Of a stretch of DNA of 17,932 nt, positions 15,250 to 17,932 are shown piece after piece. The stretch comes from Candidatus Eiseniibacteriota bacterium (GTDB lineage Bacteria; Eisenbacteria; RBG-16-71-46), in the NCBI GenBank assembly GCA_031366795.1, contig JANLOX010000183.1, positions 1 to 17,932 on the forward strand. Direction: 5' to 3'. Each line of letters opens with the position of its first letter. Position 1 is the stretch's first letter. The notes under the pieces are model-generated. The model ran no database searches and was not told where the DNA came from. It saw nothing but the letters and a program-made list of their open reading frames with translations. A program made the position numbers and the translations under genes.

Positions 15250-16200
15250 ATGAAGCGCGGCCTGCGAACGCGGCTGGAAGTCGAACGGCTCACCGGCAAT
15301 TCGCGCGCGATCCGCCGCGTGATGGAGCAGGTGCAAACCGTGGCGCCGACGCGCGCCGCGGTGCTAATCGAGGGCGAGCCGGGCAGCGGCAAGCGACTCG
15401 TCGCACAGATCATCCATCGCAACAGCCCGCGCCGCGATGCGCGCTTCGTGTGGGCAAATTGCGCGGCTGCCGCGGCCGGCGTGATCGAGGGCGACCTGTT
15501 CGGCTGGGAGCGCGGGGCCTTGGGTGCCGGGGTCGCGCAGCCCGGGTGGCTCGAACTCGCCGATGGCGGCTCGTTGTTCCTCGACGAAGTCGGAGCCGCC
15601 CCGCCGGGCGTCCAGATGCGGCTGTTGCGCGCGATCCTCGAACGCGCGTACGAGCGCGTCGGCGGCCTGCAGTCGCTGCGCGCAGATGTGCGCATGCTGG
15701 CCTCGACCTCGCGCGTTCTCACCACCGATTTGGTAGCCTGTCGTTTTCGCGGTGACCTGTTTGAACGGCTGTCGGTGGTGCGCATCACCATCCCGCCGCT
15801 GCGCGAGCGCACCGAGGACTTAGCACTGCTTGTCGCGGTGTTCATCAAGGAGTTCAACCTCGAACACGGCCGCAAGGTGCTGGGCGCGAGCCCCGGCGCG
15901 CTCGAAGCGCTGGTGCGCCACCCGTGGCCCGGCAACGTGCGCGAACTGCGCGGCGCCATCGAAGCGATGGTCGTGGCGACGCACGAGCGCCGCAAGCTCG
16001 AACTGTCCGACCTGCCGAGCAGCCTGCGCGGCCGCATGAACAGCCGGAGCGCGCTGTCCGTGACCGTCGGCATGACGGTCGCCGAGGCCGAGCGCCGCTT
16101 GATCGAAGCGACGCTGCGCCACACCGGCGGTGACAAGCCGCGTGCCGCGGCGATGCTGGGAATCGGGCTGCGCTCGCTGTACCGTAAGCTGCCCGAATAG
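15250..16200 (+). CDS. Sigma54-activator-like AAA+ protein with Fis-type HTH, no sensor domain and a degenerate GAFTGA loop
   Basis: GEPGSGKR (Walker A), LFLDEV (Walker B), FRGDLFERL, PPLRER, WPGNVREL and the HTH AAAMLGIGLRSLYRKL. The GAFTGA position reads GALGAG. Confidence 0.88.
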   Translation: MKRGLRTRLEVERLTGNSRAIRRVMEQVQTVAPTRAAVLIEGEPGSGKRLVAQIIHRNSPRRDARFVWANCAAAAAGVIEGDLFGWERGALGAGVAQPGWLELADGGSLFLDEVGAAPPGVQMRLLRAILERAYERVGGLQSLRADVRMLASTSRVLTTDLVACRFRGDLFERLSVVRITIPPLRERTEDLALLVAVFIKEFNLEHGRKVLGASPGALEALVRHPWPGNVRELRGAIEAMVVATHERRKLELSDLPSSLRGRMNSRSALSVTVGMTVAEAERRLIEATLRHTGGDKPRAAAMLGIGLRSLYRKLPE

Positions 16201-16226
16201 CGCTGGGCCGCGCGGGATGCAACTAC

Positions 16227-16260
16227 GCGCCGCCGCGATCCACGCGGCTTGCGGTGGCGT
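16227..16260 (+). terminator. GC-rich hairpin downstream of the regulator (possible terminator or 3' stabiliser)
   Basis: gcgccgccgcga (16227-16238) pairs with ttgcggtggcgt (16249-16260), 12 bp including 3 G-U pairs. No U tract follows. Confidence 0.3.
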
Positions 16261-16350
16261 CCGCTCATCCCGCTCAACCGCGTGGTCCATCACGCCGATA
16301 CCTCCCCCGACGATCCTTGCGTCACCAGGCGACAGTGGTGGAGGAGTGGG

Positions 16351-16803
16351 ATGGGCTACGTTCGCGATGACAAGACGGGCAAGTTCTCGTGGGTCGAAGG
16401 CTCCCTGCCCGATGAAGAAGACCGCTTCGGCGCGCACGCCAAGCGCACAAGGTCTGGTCTCTCGTCCAACACCATGCTGCGCGGCGCCCTGCTCCTCGGC
16501 GCCGTGTTGTTGCTGGGTGTGTGGGGCATGCGCTCGGTCAAGGAACCGGGTGTCTCGATCCGTCGCATCCACAGTCATCCGGCGGAATTCGATGGGCACA
16601 CCGTGATGCTGCATGGCCGCGTCGGCAGCGTCTTCGAAGTGGGCGGCAGCTACGCTTACTACCTGCTGCAGGGCCGCGACACGATCGTCGTCTTCACCCG
16701 CGGCGGCCGCCCGGCCGCCAGCGCCAACGCCGAAGTGCATGGCTCGGTGAGCATCGGGTATTTGGACGGCATCCCCCGTCCTGCCCTCTTCGCGACGAAT
16801 TAG
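16351..16803 (+). CDS. Single-pass membrane protein with a probable extracytoplasmic OB-fold
   Basis: GGAGGAG RBS before ATG 16351. Hydrophobic segment GALLLGAVLLLGVWG, then I..I..HPAEFDGHTVMLHGRV...IVVF...EVHG.V, an OB-fold-like pattern. Confidence 0.65.
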   Translation: MGYVRDDKTGKFSWVEGSLPDEEDRFGAHAKRTRSGLSSNTMLRGALLLGAVLLLGVWGMRSVKEPGVSIRRIHSHPAEFDGHTVMLHGRVGSVFEVGGSYAYYLLQGRDTIVVFTRGGRPAASANAEVHGSVSIGYLDGIPRPALFATN

Positions 16804-16900
16804 TCGCGCGCGCAGCGGCGCCGCGTTTCATTCCGAAACGCGCCTGGTCGGAAATCTTCGATTTCTGACATTCCCGTGATTGATACGGCACCCCCGCGTC

Positions 16901-16935
16901 TTGACCCGTTGGCGGTCGGTCGATGATGCTGCTAA
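16901..16935 (+). promoter_or_regulatory. groESL promoter with overlapping degenerate CIRCE (HrcA operator)
   Basis: -35 TTGACC at 16901-16906, possible -10 GATGCT at 16925-16930. TTGGCGGTC-N9-TGCTGCTAA at 16909-16935 versus consensus TTAGCACTC-N9-GAGTGCTAA (6/9 in each arm, exact 9-nt spacer). Confidence 0.6.
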
Positions 16936-17020
16936 TGCAGTCGTGCCAAGTTGGCAAACGCCATGGCGCGACTTGATTCGAATCCATCGAGAGAACCTCT
17001 CAATCAAGGGGGAACGCAGC

Positions 17021-17317
17021 ATGAACGTCAAGCCTCTTGCCGACCGTATTCTGGTCCGCCGCATCGAGGAGAAGGAAACGGTGAAGGGCGGAATCATTAT
17101 CCCCGACACCGCCAAGGAAAAGCCGCAGGAGGGTGAAGTCGTGGCCGTTGGACCTGGCCGCTTCACCGAGGACGGCAAGCGCATCGCCATGGAAGTGAAG
17201 AAGGGCGACCGTGTCTTGATCGGCAAGTACAGCGGCACCGATGTGAAGATCGACGGTACGGAGTACGTGATCCTGCGCGAGGACGATGTCCTCGGCGTGC
17301 TGGCTTCCGAAAAGTAA
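17021..17317 (+). CDS. groES: Co-chaperonin GroES
   Basis: [56 protein letters not shown]. Confidence 0.99.
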   Translation: MNVKPLADRILVRRIEEKETVKGGIIIPDTAKEKPQEGEVVAVGPGRFTEDGKRIAMEVKKGDRVLIGKYSGTDVKIDGTEYVILREDDVLGVLASEK

Positions 17318-17353
17318 CTAATCCTGTGGCTACTGGGGTTCCGCATCGCGTGA

Positions 17354-17932
<579 letters not shown>

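Noticed and set aside
16301..16344. CCTCC able to pair with the GGAGG SD of the OB-fold gene
   Set aside because: Only 5-7 bp across a long loop, which is expected by chance.
16930..16966. TGCCAAGTTGGCA palindrome / sigma54-like TGGCA on both strands upstream of groES
   Set aside because: Neither orientation has GC at the correct -12 spacing, and the palindrome falls within the UTR hairpin.

Overview
High-GC bacterial chromosomal window. From left to right it holds: the 5' part of a HIT-like gene (missed by the ORF track); a TPAT-type TRAP pair (TatT lipoprotein plus DctP/TatP binding protein); a secreted DUF1080-like protein; a GT14 branching glycosyltransferase; and a P1B-4 heavy-metal ATPase with a strongly structured 5' leader. 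Next is a lower-GC island (about 6990-11000) of three minus-strand secreted-protein genes. The right part is a plus-strand run: dGTPase, metallophosphoesterase, exported thioredoxin-fold protein, DEDDh exonuclease, 1-Cys peroxiredoxin, a degenerate sigma54-type AAA+/Fis regulator, an OB-fold membrane protein and groES-groEL with a degenerate CIRCE. The island is the most interesting part. Two otherwise dissimilar Cys-rich secreted proteins end in the same terminal motif, P-x-[KR]-R-x-S-W-G-x-L-K-x-L-Y-R-stop, a candidate uncharacterised C-terminal sorting or anchoring signal. They flank a large dockerin-like/TolB-propeller/Ig/FlgD-CTD protein whose signal peptide is out of frame at a G8 tract (phase variation or sequencing error). 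From memory, this protein repertoire resembles Candidatus Eisenbacteria and related FCB-adjacent phyla; that is inference and was not verified.
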